A DNA stretch of 64,000 nt from Candidatus Nomurabacteria bacterium. Its GTDB lineage: Bacteria > Patescibacteriota > Minisyncoccia > Phycocordibacterales > UBA9973. The stretch lies in NCBI GenBank assembly GCA_026396015.1, contig JAPLXP010000002.1, positions 5,502 through 69,501 of the forward strand, in the 5' to 3' direction. Below are positions 1 to 9,709 of this stretch, one piece after another. Under the pieces are notes generated by a model. The model was not told the DNA's origin, made no database searches, and saw only the letters and a list, made by a program, of their open reading frames with translations. Each line of letters starts with the position of its first letter. The stretch's first letter is position 1. Both the position numbers and the translations under genes were made by a program.

Positions 1-55
1 GAAACTGGAAAAAACATCAGTTGAAACTCCTCTGATTATTGAATTTCATAAAATT

Positions 56-634
56 ATGAATTCAAGAGAAATCCGGGATGAGATTGTTTCTCTTATTTGC
101 CAGCAAAACCAAAAAATAGTGGACAAAATAACTACACCAGAAGTTCCAATTTTACCAAAAGACGTAACATTCATTGGAATCGGGATGATTGGATCGGCCT
201 TAGCTGTATTGGCATCTAAAGAACACAACAATCATGTTCTATTTGTAGACGAAGGAGATACTAAAAGTATGGAATTCTACCGTGGAAATAATTGCCTTTT
301 TATTAAAGATGAGATTGTTAATGGAACAAAAACCATCGAAATAATAAGCGAAGCCCAAAGATTAGGACACAAAACACTGGGAATCATAACCATCATGAAT
401 GAAAATTTACCCTTAACAAGAGAAAGATTTATGGGTAAATCTGGGGTTGATAAAACTAAATTACCGATTCCTTGTCCAATATATTCAATATTGACTCCTC
501 AAAAAATATACAAGGAATTAATTGAATTAGAACAAAAAGAAACAGCAGACAGGTACCAGGCAGCATCAAATTTTGATATTACAGATAACGAAGAAATATC
601 CAAAAATGACACCCAACAAGGGGCAGCGAGCTAA
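56..634 (+). CDS. hypothetical protein (192 aa)
   Basis: Intact ORF with a glycine-rich GIGMIGSALA segment; no confident family match by eye; followed by a palindromic terminator. Confidence 0.5.
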   Translation: MNSREIRDEIVSLICQQNQKIVDKITTPEVPILPKDVTFIGIGMIGSALAVLASKEHNNHVLFVDEGDTKSMEFYRGNNCLFIKDEIVNGTKTIEIISEAQRLGHKTLGIITIMNENLPLTRERFMGKSGVDKTKLPIPCPIYSILTPQKIYKELIELEQKETADRYQAASNFDITDNEEISKNDTQQGAAS

Positions 635-646
635 TCAAATTAATAA

Positions 647-680
647 GTGCTATCAAGATTTATCTTGATAGCACTTTTTT
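647..680. terminator. bidirectional rho-independent terminator
   Basis: Perfect 28-bp palindrome GTGCTATCAAGATTTATCTTGATAGCAC followed by a T-run; lies between convergent genes. Confidence 0.6.
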
Positions 681-1935
681 ATTCCTTATTTAGGGCTTGT
701 ATTGGATCCATGCGGGCGGCATTGCGAGCTGGGAATACTCCAAATATGATACCGATGATCATAGACACAGAGATGGCCATGACTACACCCCATAGCGGCA
801 CCACGAATGCCCAAGCAAAACCAAAGCTCTGGGCGACTTTCGATATCAAGAATGCGCCAGCCGCCCCACCGAGGACTCCAACGACTCCTCCGAGTAGTGT
901 CAGGAGTACAGCTTCTATCAGGAATTCATAGAGTATGTCATTGTATTTAGCACCTAGAGCCTTTTTTAATCCAATCTCACCGATACGCTCTGTGACTACC
1001 ACATACATGATATTCATCACACCTACTCCACCCACGAGCAGTGATATAGCAGCAATAGCGATCAGGAGAAAAGTGACCGCACGGAGAATAGTATTAAAAG
1101 TATCCAGACTCTGAGCCTGAGTTTGCACTTTAAAATCATCTTTGGCTGGATCTTGGATATAGTGATTGCGTCGCAATACATCAGCGATATCAAGTGATGT
1201 AGCATCAGCCTTTGTATTATCACTGAGTTCTGCTACTGCATAGAATAAATAGTCCACTCCCAATATTTTTTTCTGTAATGTAGTGATAGGGATAAAGACT
1301 TGTTCATCATCATTTGAAAAACCAAAGCTACCCCTACGTGCATAGGTACCGATCACTTCAAAATTGTATTCACCAACACGTATGATTTTTCCAAGTGGAT
1401 CATTCTCTCCAAAGAAATCTACTGCTATATCGTGACCTAGTACTGCCACCTGAGCAAGTGATCTATCTTCATCAGAGCTATACCCCCTGCCTTTTTCGAT
1501 GACACCCTTATCAATATCAAAACGATTTGAATCTGCTCCAAAGATAAAAGTGTTTTTAGAAATATTTCCATAGCTGACTACTTTTTGACCCAAGGCAGCG
1601 CCGTATGAATTCTTTACATTAGGCAGTGATCTCATATCCAATACGTCTCTATTTTTCAGAGTTGTGATAGGCACAGCATTCGAGGCTGAGTTGTTAGCTG
1701 AGCCATCAGATCCTGAATTACGAGACTTTGTAGAAGCAGGAACAGAGGTCTGGATAATCACAGTATTTGAACCAAAGGCATCCACCTGCGCATTGATATA
1801 ACTCTTGAATCCCTCACCTGCAGACAAGACCAGCACCACAGTACCGATACCAATCATGATGCCCAGAGTCGTCAAAATAGTCCTAGATGGATTTGAAGAT
1901 ATTCCGCGTTTTACTTGTTTTAAATAAGTGCTCAT
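679..1935 (-). CDS. ABC transporter permease, FtsX/MacB family
   Basis: N-terminal TM helix, large extracytoplasmic domain, then three C-terminal TM helices; FtsX-like C-terminus (GVGVMNIMYVVVTERIGEIGLKKALGA). Confidence 0.85.
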   Translation of the reverse strand: MSTYLKQVKRGISSNPSRTILTTLGIMIGIGTVVLVLSAGEGFKSYINAQVDAFGSNTVIIQTSVPASTKSRNSGSDGSANNSASNAVPITTLKNRDVLDMRSLPNVKNSYGAALGQKVVSYGNISKNTFIFGADSNRFDIDKGVIEKGRGYSSDEDRSLAQVAVLGHDIAVDFFGENDPLGKIIRVGEYNFEVIGTYARRGSFGFSNDDEQVFIPITTLQKKILGVDYLFYAVAELSDNTKADATSLDIADVLRRNHYIQDPAKDDFKVQTQAQSLDTFNTILRAVTFLLIAIAAISLLVGGVGVMNIMYVVVTERIGEIGLKKALGAKYNDILYEFLIEAVLLTLLGGVVGVLGGAAGAFLISKVAQSFGFAWAFVVPLWGVVMAISVSMIIGIIFGVFPARNAARMDPIQALNKE

Positions 1936-1944
1936 ATATATAAA

Positions 1945-3210
1945 TTATTCGTATCTTAATGCATCGATAGGGTCGAGCTTCGCAGCTTTTAGCGCCGGGA
2001 AAATTCCGAATATCAATCCAATCAAGACAGACACTCCAACCGAGATGATAATAGCAAAAGGAGAAATAATAAATGACCAATCATATCCCGCATACTGTGC
2101 ACCGATAGATATCAAAAATGAGACGATACTGCCAAAGACAATACCGACGAGACCACCGAGTGATGTCAGGATAATAGCTTCAAATAAAAATTGGTTTTGA
2201 ATCTGTTTTCTTGTAGCACCTAGAGCTTTACGTAGTCCGATCTCGCGAGTACGCTCCGTCACTGTTACAAGCATTATATTCATAATACCTATACCACCGA
2301 CGATCAGTGAAATACCAGCCATCAATCCTAGGAACATACGCAATACATCCGTGATACTCGTGAGCACCTTGATAGCATCAGCTAGGTCTCGTACAGAAAA
2401 ATCGTCATCATCATTACCACCTATACGATGTTGGCGTCGTAGAGTATTTTGTATATCAGAAATTGTGGATTTTACATTTGCTGTATCGTTTACCTTAGCA
2501 CGGATAAATTGAACATAGTCGATACCTAGAATTTGTCTCTGACCTATAGAGAAAGGAATAAATACTTGATCGTCTTGATTCTGGAATGCTACAGTCCCCA
2601 TCTTTTTCTGAATACCAATAACTCGAAATGGAATACTTCCTCCTGAATTTCCAGAAGATTTTATCTTTACGATATTTCCAATAGCTCCTCCATTTGGGAA
2701 GATAGCAGTGGCCACATCATATCCGAGCACGATAACATTTGCACCAGAATTTGCCTGATCATCAGAAAAGAATTCACCGCTCTCCATCTCCACATTTTGT
2801 ACGCGAGGATAGCTGCCGTCTGTCGCAGTAAAGGATGTATCTATACTCTCTCCATTACCTATCACGGTAGTATTACCACGTACAAAAGCTGCGACATCTG
2901 TCACATTTGGAGCATTGCCTATGTCACGAATTGCTGCTACGTCTGACAATGTTAATGTTTTTATTTGCACACCGAATACTGCTGCAGGAGGACCACTGTC
3001 ATTACTCTTGCCAGGTAGTACACCAACTAGATTGCTGCCGAGTTTAGTGATCTGACCCAATACCAGAGACTGAGCTCCAGCACCCAGCGAGATGATTATT
3101 ATCACACCGGCCACTCCTATCACCACACCGAGTATCGTCAAAAAAGACCTGACCTTGCGGGCCAGTAGTGTCCTCCATGTCATACTAAATGTTGCAATAA
3201 ATGTTTTCAT
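1945..3210 (-). CDS. ABC transporter permease, FtsX/MacB family (second paralog)
   Basis: Same architecture as the neighbouring permease (IMNIMLVTVTERTREIGLRKALGA). Start taken at MKTF immediately after the ATPase stop, because the long ORF's N-terminal extension overlaps the upstream gene. Confidence 0.85.
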   Translation of the reverse strand: MKTFIATFSMTWRTLLARKVRSFLTILGVVIGVAGVIIIISLGAGAQSLVLGQITKLGSNLVGVLPGKSNDSGPPAAVFGVQIKTLTLSDVAAIRDIGNAPNVTDVAAFVRGNTTVIGNGESIDTSFTATDGSYPRVQNVEMESGEFFSDDQANSGANVIVLGYDVATAIFPNGGAIGNIVKIKSSGNSGGSIPFRVIGIQKKMGTVAFQNQDDQVFIPFSIGQRQILGIDYVQFIRAKVNDTANVKSTISDIQNTLRRQHRIGGNDDDDFSVRDLADAIKVLTSITDVLRMFLGLMAGISLIVGGIGIMNIMLVTVTERTREIGLRKALGATRKQIQNQFLFEAIILTSLGGLVGIVFGSIVSFLISIGAQYAGYDWSFIISPFAIIISVGVSVLIGLIFGIFPALKAAKLDPIDALRYE

Positions 3211-3211
3211 T

Positions 3212-3928
3212 TTAAGCTTCCTCTTCTTCTTTTGAATGCAATCTCTCTGCCTCAGCGACAGCCTCATCGGCTACGATGTCTCCATCACGAATAGTCACGA
3301 TGCGCTTTGCGTGCATTGCCACACTAGTGTCATGAGTCACCAGGATTATAGTCTTGCCTTCATTATTTAATCTCTCCAATATGTGCATCACGGTAGATCC
3401 AGATTTTGAATCCAGATTTCCTGTAGGCTCATCAGCAAAGATTACCTTTGGATCACAGACTAGTGCACGTGCTATAGCTACGCGCTGCTTTTGACCACCC
3501 GATATTTGATTGCTCATAAAATCTAGACGATGACCTAGTCCTACAGCTTCCAGAGCACTCTTTGCACGTGCCTGTGCATCCCCTTTTTTAGAGCTGTATT
3601 GTAGTGGTAGAGCCACATTGTCCAATACCGTAGTACGTGGCAATAGATTGAATGACTGAAAGACGAATCCAATACGCTCATTTCTAATACGAGCCAAATC
3701 ATCATCACTAAAATTTTTAGTATCCACATTATCAAAAAGATAATCACCAGTAGTCGGACGATCGAGAAATCCTATTATGTGCATCATTGTAGATTTACCA
3801 GATCCAGAAGGACCCATAATCGCGACGAATTCCCCTTCTGCGACAGAAAGATTTATACCCTTGAGAACATTTGTCACGACACCACCGTTGTCATAACTTT
3901 TAATTATATTTTTAAGTTGTATCAACAT
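3212..3928 (-). CDS. ABC transporter ATP-binding protein (MacB/LolD-type)
   Basis: Walker A GPSGSGKST, ABC signature LSGGQKQRVAIARAL, Walker B IFADEPTGNLD. Confidence 0.9.
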   Translation of the reverse strand: MLIQLKNIIKSYDNGGVVTNVLKGINLSVAEGEFVAIMGPSGSGKSTMMHIIGFLDRPTTGDYLFDNVDTKNFSDDDLARIRNERIGFVFQSFNLLPRTTVLDNVALPLQYSSKKGDAQARAKSALEAVGLGHRLDFMSNQISGGQKQRVAIARALVCDPKVIFADEPTGNLDSKSGSTVMHILERLNNEGKTIILVTHDTSVAMHAKRIVTIRDGDIVADEAVAEAERLHSKEEEEA

Positions 3929-3931
3929 AAA

Positions 3932-5476
3932 TTATTGTTTGATCAGCAAGACAAATTCTTCACCATTTGATATTCCAGAAGTCACATCTACTAGACCACC
4001 ATCACCCTCTAGTCCAGTTGTCACAGGAACTTCCTTATATGTTTTCTTTTTTGTGTCAGTCACGATGCGGATAATCTTGCCTGTATCTTTTGTGATCAAT
4101 GCACGAGAAGGCACGACGATCGCACCAGCTTTTTCGGCAATCAATATAGTCATATTTGCAGTCATACCAGGGCGCAATCCAGGAACCTGCTCAATTGTTG
4201 ATTTTATTTTATAATTTACAACACCAGATACAACAGTAGAAGAGGGATCGACTTCTGTGATAACACCAGTAAAGACCTTGTCTACACCAAATGCATCAAA
4301 ATTTACAGACACAGTTGCACCCAGTTTAACATTGGCAATATTTGCTTCATTTATATTTGCTTCTAGATACATATTCTTTATATCTTGCAAAATCATGACT
4401 TCTTTTTGAGGTACAGCCAATTCTCCAATTTTAATATCAAGAGATGTGATAGTACCATCTGCAGGTGCACGCAATATTGTATTTTCATACACGGCACTCG
4501 CCTGCTCGAACTGACCCTGAGCCTGGAGAATATCTGCCTTTGCTAGATCAATGTCTGCAGGGCGAGCCTGAGACTTCTTGAGGGCCAACTCTGCAGTCCT
4601 CTGATCTATAACTGCAGAAGCAGTAGCCAATGCAGCAGACTGAGTTTTTAGTGCACTCTGATAAGCATTGTAGTTTGTAAGATAATTTGATGCCTTTTTA
4701 TTTGGAATACTTACAGTCCAGTCATTTATAGTCACAGAGCCCGTAGCTGGCAACGCAATATACAATCCTGAATTACCGATTTGTTGAGGACTAGATGTAT
4801 TCAAAGTACCAGACCCAGAAACCAATCCTGATGTACTAAAGTAAAGACCATTACCAGTCTGATACACAGATATCTTGATATCACCTTCTTTACCACCAGA
4901 ATAATTACCAGAGATTACTAGAGGTGTATAATTTTGAGTATTAGAAGATGGAACAGCTTCTGGATATGAATTCAATAAATTATTATAAGCATTTTGAACC
5001 AGAGTATCTTGTGTTAGTTTTATATTTTGAAGATCGCGGTTCGCATTGTCTAATGCAATTGTTGAAATAATTATTTCTTCATTTGATGCGCCGGATAATA
5101 TTTTGTCATATTTAGCTTTTGCTGCAGCTACAGCACCACGAGCAGAAGTCAAAGATGCCCCGACTGTACCCTGATCAAGAGTAGCGAGTATTTGCCCTTT
5201 TCGCACTACGTCCCCCACCTTTACTCGAACAGAAGTCACAATACCACTACCATTGAAAGATAATTTTAAATCAGTATTCGAAGTCACTTGCCCTGTGGCC
5301 AGTACGGTCTGCTTTAGATCTACTGTCTTTGCAAAATCTGTGGTTGTATTTTTGGCTGCATCATTCATATGCATTAGCTTGTACCCTCCCCAAATAACCA
5401 CGATTAATCCGAGTGGAATTAGAATTCTTTTTCTTAGAGTAAATTCTTTAATTTTTTGTATAAATGTTTTTTCCAT
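3932..5476 (-). CDS. HlyD/MacA-family periplasmic adaptor (membrane fusion protein) with a large Ser/Thr/Asn/Gly-rich insertion
   Basis: N-terminal TM anchor, coiled-coil and lipoyl/beta-barrel-like segments (VRKGQILATLD ... ILRAPADGTITSLDIKIGE); first gene of a four-gene efflux operon. Confidence 0.75.
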   Translation of the reverse strand: MEKTFIQKIKEFTLRKRILIPLGLIVVIWGGYKLMHMNDAAKNTTTDFAKTVDLKQTVLATGQVTSNTDLKLSFNGSGIVTSVRVKVGDVVRKGQILATLDQGTVGASLTSARGAVAAAKAKYDKILSGASNEEIIISTIALDNANRDLQNIKLTQDTLVQNAYNNLLNSYPEAVPSSNTQNYTPLVISGNYSGGKEGDIKISVYQTGNGLYFSTSGLVSGSGTLNTSSPQQIGNSGLYIALPATGSVTINDWTVSIPNKKASNYLTNYNAYQSALKTQSAALATASAVIDQRTAELALKKSQARPADIDLAKADILQAQGQFEQASAVYENTILRAPADGTITSLDIKIGELAVPQKEVMILQDIKNMYLEANINEANIANVKLGATVSVNFDAFGVDKVFTGVITEVDPSSTVVSGVVNYKIKSTIEQVPGLRPGMTANMTILIAEKAGAIVVPSRALITKDTGKIIRIVTDTKKKTYKEVPVTTGLEGDGGLVDVTSGISNGEEFVLLIKQ

Positions 5477-5479
5477 ATT

Positions 5480-5863
5480 TTATTTAATACCAGTTAGTTC
5501 TACGTCGAAAATCAAAGTTGCATTTGCAGGTATGACCGGTGGTATTCCAGCCGCTCCGTATGCTTTTTCAGGTGCGATAGTTAATGTCTTCTTTTCTCCC
5601 ACCTTCATACTAACGAGACCTTCATCCCAACCTTTTATAACCATTCCTGAGCCTAATTTAAATTCAAAAGGTTGAACATGGCCAAACTTAGGATCTACAT
5701 TTGAATCAAACACGGTGCCATCTACAAGGCGACCAGTATAATTCATTGATAATACATCTCCATTTTTTGATATTTTTTCCATAGGTTTATATTTTAGTAA
5801 AAAGTAAAAAGCGACAAAAGTTAAAACAATGATTAATAATGAAATAATTAATTTTTTATTCAT
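5480..5863 (-). CDS. FKBP-type peptidyl-prolyl cis-trans isomerase, membrane-anchored
   Basis: FKBP domain motifs (YTGRLVDGTVFDS ... GMVIKGWDEGL ... LIFDVEL) after an N-terminal signal/TM segment. Confidence 0.85.
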   Translation of the reverse strand: MNKKLIISLLIIVLTFVAFYFLLKYKPMEKISKNGDVLSMNYTGRLVDGTVFDSNVDPKFGHVQPFEFKLGSGMVIKGWDEGLVSMKVGEKKTLTIAPEKAYGAAGIPPVIPANATLIFDVELTGIK

Positions 5864-5931
5864 ATAGGGTTAAATTAAAATGCTACTATAAGCATATAGT
5901 AGCATTTTGGGGACATTTTTTAAAGCTAAAT

Positions 5932-6087
5932 TAATCCCATTAGTAGAGCAAAAGTAAATGCTACACCGAGAATTCCAAGCACAGGATGTATCTTCCATAG
6001 AATAATATCGATAAGCAAAAGAATACCAAAATATAGATATCCGATGTGACCAATAGTGATTAGAACTTTTGAAAAAATTGTATTCAT
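5932..6087 (-). CDS. small hydrophobic ORF (about 51 aa) immediately downstream of the P-type ATPase
   Basis: ATG lies 3 nt after the ATPase stop; translation MNTIFSKVLITIGHIGYLYFGILLLIDIILWKIHPVLGILGVAFTFALLMGLI. Below the 60-aa ORF-track cutoff. Confidence 0.3.
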
Positions 6088-6090
6088 ATT

Positions 6091-7938
6091 TTATATAATA
6101 TCACGCCCAGCACGCAGTGCATAGAGTATAACAACAATATCAATACCCTCTTGAATCAAAGCGCCATATAGTGGTAAAAGCTTTCCAGACAGAGACACAA
6201 ACATACAGACAGCAGAAAGTCCAATACCGATAAAGATTCCCTCTCGAGCTACTCGTACAGTACGTACAGCAATCTTATAGGCTTCAGGAACCTTCTCGAT
6301 AGATCCAGACACTATTACGATATCAGCGCTCTCTGATGCAGCAGTAGCTCCATGTGAACCTAATGCAATACCAACGTCCGCTTGTGCCAATGCTGGTGCA
6401 TCATTCACACCATCACCGATCATAGCTACTTTTAATCCGCTCTTTTGAAGATCTCGAACAACAGTCAATTTTTCATCTGGAAGACATTCTGCTTTGTATT
6501 CATTTATCTTCATAGATGAAGCTATCGAAACTGCAACACTCTCCTTGTCTCCAGAGAGCAACATGAATCTTTTAATTCCCAAAGTTGATAAATCTGAGAA
6601 AACTTTTCTTGCCTCTGGACGAATTTCATCCTTAAAAGATATCATTCCAATTAAATTAGTCCCCTTGCCCAGATAGACAGGAATGACTCCTTCATTTCTA
6701 GTCTTCACATATTCTTTATTTAGCTCATCACTCACGACAATTCCATTCTTTACAAGGTAAGCCAACTTTCCAAAGAAATATTTTTCACCATTTACTATAC
6801 CATTCACGCCGTCGCCAAATACTTCTTTGAAATCATCTGGGTAGATTAATTTATGAGACTTTGAATGAGCATGATCTACGAGTGATCGTGCAAAAATATG
6901 AACAGACAATTGATCCAGTGACGCAGCTATTTTTATAACTTCATCTTCTGCAATACCAGCAAAGCCTTTTATTTCGTGTATAGCGGGAATACCCATTGTG
7001 ATAGTGCCTGTCTTATCGAATACGCACATATCTACTTTTGAGAGTAGTTCTAGCGCGCCACCATTTTTGACTATGATACCTACGCGAGACGCACGGCTCA
7101 TGCCAGACATGAATGCGATAGGAGTAGCTAGTATGAGTGGACATGGAGTAGCTACTACGAGCACAGCGAGCATTCTAATCGGTCCACCAAAATAATATGC
7201 GAGTGCTGCCATGATGATAGTAAATACAGTAAAGTAAACACTGTATTTATCTGCCATTCGCACAAAAGGAGCTTTATTTTCTTCAGCTTGACGCACCATA
7301 TTGATAATCGTGTGAAGTCTTGAATCAGACAATTCTTTTGTGACACGGATTTCCAATGCCGCATCAGTATTTTTTGTACCAGCGAGGACTACACTACCAA
7401 CTTCTTTTTTATTTGGCACAGACTCCCCTGTCATCACAGATTCATCTACGTAAGATTCTCCATTTTCAACCACACCATCAGAAGGAATAATTTCTCCGGC
7501 CTTTACTATTATGTAGTCATTTATTTTAATTTCAGAGCTATCGATATCCACTACTCCGTTATCTTTTTTGACATGAGTCTTCTGTGGTATCAGATTCAGC
7601 AAGTCAGAGAGTGCGCGTCGAGCACGATTCATAGCATATGATTCCAATGCCTCTCCACCTGAGAGCATGAGCAGTACGATAATACCTGGGAGATACTGTC
7701 CGAATATCAATGAACACAATAATGCCAATCCAGCCACAAGATCTACACCAAAATGTTTTTTAATAATACTCGATACTATCTCGTACCAAAGGGGTATAGA
7801 AAAAATACAAAGAATAGCTAATGATAACTGTTGGGCAAATAAATTTATTTTAAAAATGTAGGAAATAAAAACAAGCAGCAATGCACTCAGTGCGACAAAA
7901 GGAGTCCATGATCGGACCTTGGAAATAATATGTATCAT
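6091..7938 (-). CDS. P1B-type heavy-metal-translocating P-type ATPase (no N-terminal metal-binding domain)
   Basis: CPC motif in a TM helix (ATPCPLILATP), phosphorylation site DKTGTIT, hinge GDGVNDAPALAQADVGIALG. Confidence 0.85.
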   Translation of the reverse strand: MIHIISKVRSWTPFVALSALLLVFISYIFKINLFAQQLSLAILCIFSIPLWYEIVSSIIKKHFGVDLVAGLALLCSLIFGQYLPGIIVLLMLSGGEALESYAMNRARRALSDLLNLIPQKTHVKKDNGVVDIDSSEIKINDYIIVKAGEIIPSDGVVENGESYVDESVMTGESVPNKKEVGSVVLAGTKNTDAALEIRVTKELSDSRLHTIINMVRQAEENKAPFVRMADKYSVYFTVFTIIMAALAYYFGGPIRMLAVLVVATPCPLILATPIAFMSGMSRASRVGIIVKNGGALELLSKVDMCVFDKTGTITMGIPAIHEIKGFAGIAEDEVIKIAASLDQLSVHIFARSLVDHAHSKSHKLIYPDDFKEVFGDGVNGIVNGEKYFFGKLAYLVKNGIVVSDELNKEYVKTRNEGVIPVYLGKGTNLIGMISFKDEIRPEARKVFSDLSTLGIKRFMLLSGDKESVAVSIASSMKINEYKAECLPDEKLTVVRDLQKSGLKVAMIGDGVNDAPALAQADVGIALGSHGATAASESADIVIVSGSIEKVPEAYKIAVRTVRVAREGIFIGIGLSAVCMFVSLSGKLLPLYGALIQEGIDIVVILYALRAGRDII

Positions 7939-7956
7939 ATGTGCATTATAGCATAA

Positions 7957-9252
7957 CTACTTTTTGCCCCGAGAGATCCAATAAATAACAAGAATATAAA
8001 GGGAAATAACAACATATATAGGAAAAGAATGAATTATAATACTGGCGAGTGGTAAAGATGCAAAAATATGAATAGTTTTTAATATATAAAATAGTGATAT
8101 ATAAGCAACATATCCAAATATTATAGATAAACCAGAGCTAATAAATCCAACAACACCCACGATAAACGCCGAGAGCATTGTAATAGGAATAAATGGCAAA
8201 ATTAAAACATTGGCTGGGAATGATACGAGAGACAATACTCCAGTGCTATAGAGTAGCAGTGGCAGTACTGCAATCTCGGCTGCAATAGTAGTAGCAGCTA
8301 TCTCTCTTATTCCAAACCGGCTAGGCAACCAAAGTACCCAGATCCCTACCCGAGGGGTAATATACAGAATTCCAAATGTCGCAAGAAATGATAATTGAAA
8401 CGAGGAATCAGTCACAACTCTCGGGTCGTAAGCAAACATCAAGAGACCTGCTACCACCAATGCCCTACCCGCATCATATTCACGTCCATGAATCCTACCA
8501 AGAAGTGCGATACATGCCATGACCCCAGCACGCACGGCAGAAGCACCAGACCCAGCCATCACTACGAATAGGATTATCATAAATATTCCAAATCCAGCAG
8601 AGATAGTTTTTGATAAAAATAAATTAAATATGCGCATGACCGATGTGGCGACTATGGTCACATTGTATCCCGAGAGTGCGATGATATGTATAGTACCTGT
8701 CGTCACAAATTCATCACGAGTCTCATTGCTAAAGTTCCCCTTCGATCCGAGGAGTAGTCCTCCTGCTAAATCACTTTCAGGTGAACGTAATGCTCGATTG
8801 ATATTTTTTGTAAAAGAATTTCTTAATTTAAATAAATATTTTTTAATAAAATTTCCATTATTGTGAGACAAAACATCCACCCCTGCATACTGCACAATAA
8901 AATAAATATCTCTATTAGATAGGTATCTTTGGTAATTAAATTCTTTGCCAGTATTGGTTATAAAATTTTCTGGAGTTTCCAATTTGCCTACTACATGTAT
9001 CTCATCTCCGTATTCTATATCTGTATCAATACTTGCCACTACCAATATATTAGTGTCTGTACCTTTTGGATTCACAATCAGTCTCTGATTCCCAGTACGA
9101 ACATCTGGTGCATCTACGACCACTCCATCAAATTCTATCCTCTTCCCTACACTATCAAAATACCCACGCGGTGACGTAGGTATAAAATACAAAAAGCGTA
9201 TGAGTGCTATAGATAAAAGTATTATTACAATTATTATTTCACGAGTTCGCAT
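7957..9252 (-). CDS. comEC: ComEC/Rec2-family DNA internalisation channel protein (no C-terminal metallo-beta-lactamase domain)
   Basis: Polytopic membrane protein with the competence-domain core (GTIHIIALSGYNVTIV ... FQLSFLATFGI). Confidence 0.75.
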   Translation of the reverse strand: MRTREIIIVIILLSIALIRFLYFIPTSPRGYFDSVGKRIEFDGVVVDAPDVRTGNQRLIVNPKGTDTNILVVASIDTDIEYGDEIHVVGKLETPENFITNTGKEFNYQRYLSNRDIYFIVQYAGVDVLSHNNGNFIKKYLFKLRNSFTKNINRALRSPESDLAGGLLLGSKGNFSNETRDEFVTTGTIHIIALSGYNVTIVATSVMRIFNLFLSKTISAGFGIFMIILFVVMAGSGASAVRAGVMACIALLGRIHGREYDAGRALVVAGLLMFAYDPRVVTDSSFQLSFLATFGILYITPRVGIWVLWLPSRFGIREIAATTIAAEIAVLPLLLYSTGVLSLVSFPANVLILPFIPITMLSAFIVGVVGFISSGLSIIFGYVAYISLFYILKTIHIFASLPLASIIIHSFPIYVVISLYILVIYWISRGKK

Positions 9253-9701
9253 TTGCCTGTACTTGAAAAACTTGTAGCTATTTGATCAGCGCGTTCGTTG
9301 TAAATGTGGCCACTGTGGCCTTTTACTTTTTCCCATGAGAGTTTGCCCTGGTATCCACGTACCAGACCGATGAGTTCCTGCCAGAGATCTTGATTCAATA
9401 CAGGTTTTTTATTTGCAGTTCTCCAGCCATTGCGCTCCCAGTTTGCGACCCAAGAATTCACTCCACCTAGTACATAGGCAGAATCAGCACAGATATTTAC
9501 CTCAGGGAAACTTTTTAGACTAGACAAATATCGCAGTGTCTCAATCACTCCTTTTAATTCCATTCGGTTATTTGTAGTAGCCTTTTCATAACCACCTAGC
9601 TCATATACAATTTTATCTCCCTCCACCATCACAGCACCATATCCCCCAGGTCCAGGATTCCCTAGTGAAGATCCGTCTGTATATACATCAATTTTTTTCA
9701 T
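9234..9701 (-). CDS. rnhA: ribonuclease HI
   Basis: RNase H fold motifs: VYTDGSSLGNPGPGGYG, MELKGVIETL, ADSAYV, GHSGHIYNERADQIA. Confidence 0.85.
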   Translation of the reverse strand: MKKIDVYTDGSSLGNPGPGGYGAVMVEGDKIVYELGGYEKATTNNRMELKGVIETLRYLSSLKSFPEVNICADSAYVLGGVNSWVANWERNGWRTANKKPVLNQDLWQELIGLVRGYQGKLSWEKVKGHSGHIYNERADQIATSFSSTGKCELVK

Positions 9702-9709
9702 ACTATTCA

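Noticed and set aside
647-2200. Plus-strand ORFs 647-931 and 1928-2200, and similar antisense ORFs inside fusA, nrdJ, the P-type ATPase, pilB and other genes
   Set aside because: They lie fully antisense within well-supported protein genes and have biased, Pro/Thr-rich or low-complexity translations. They are frame-shadow artefacts.
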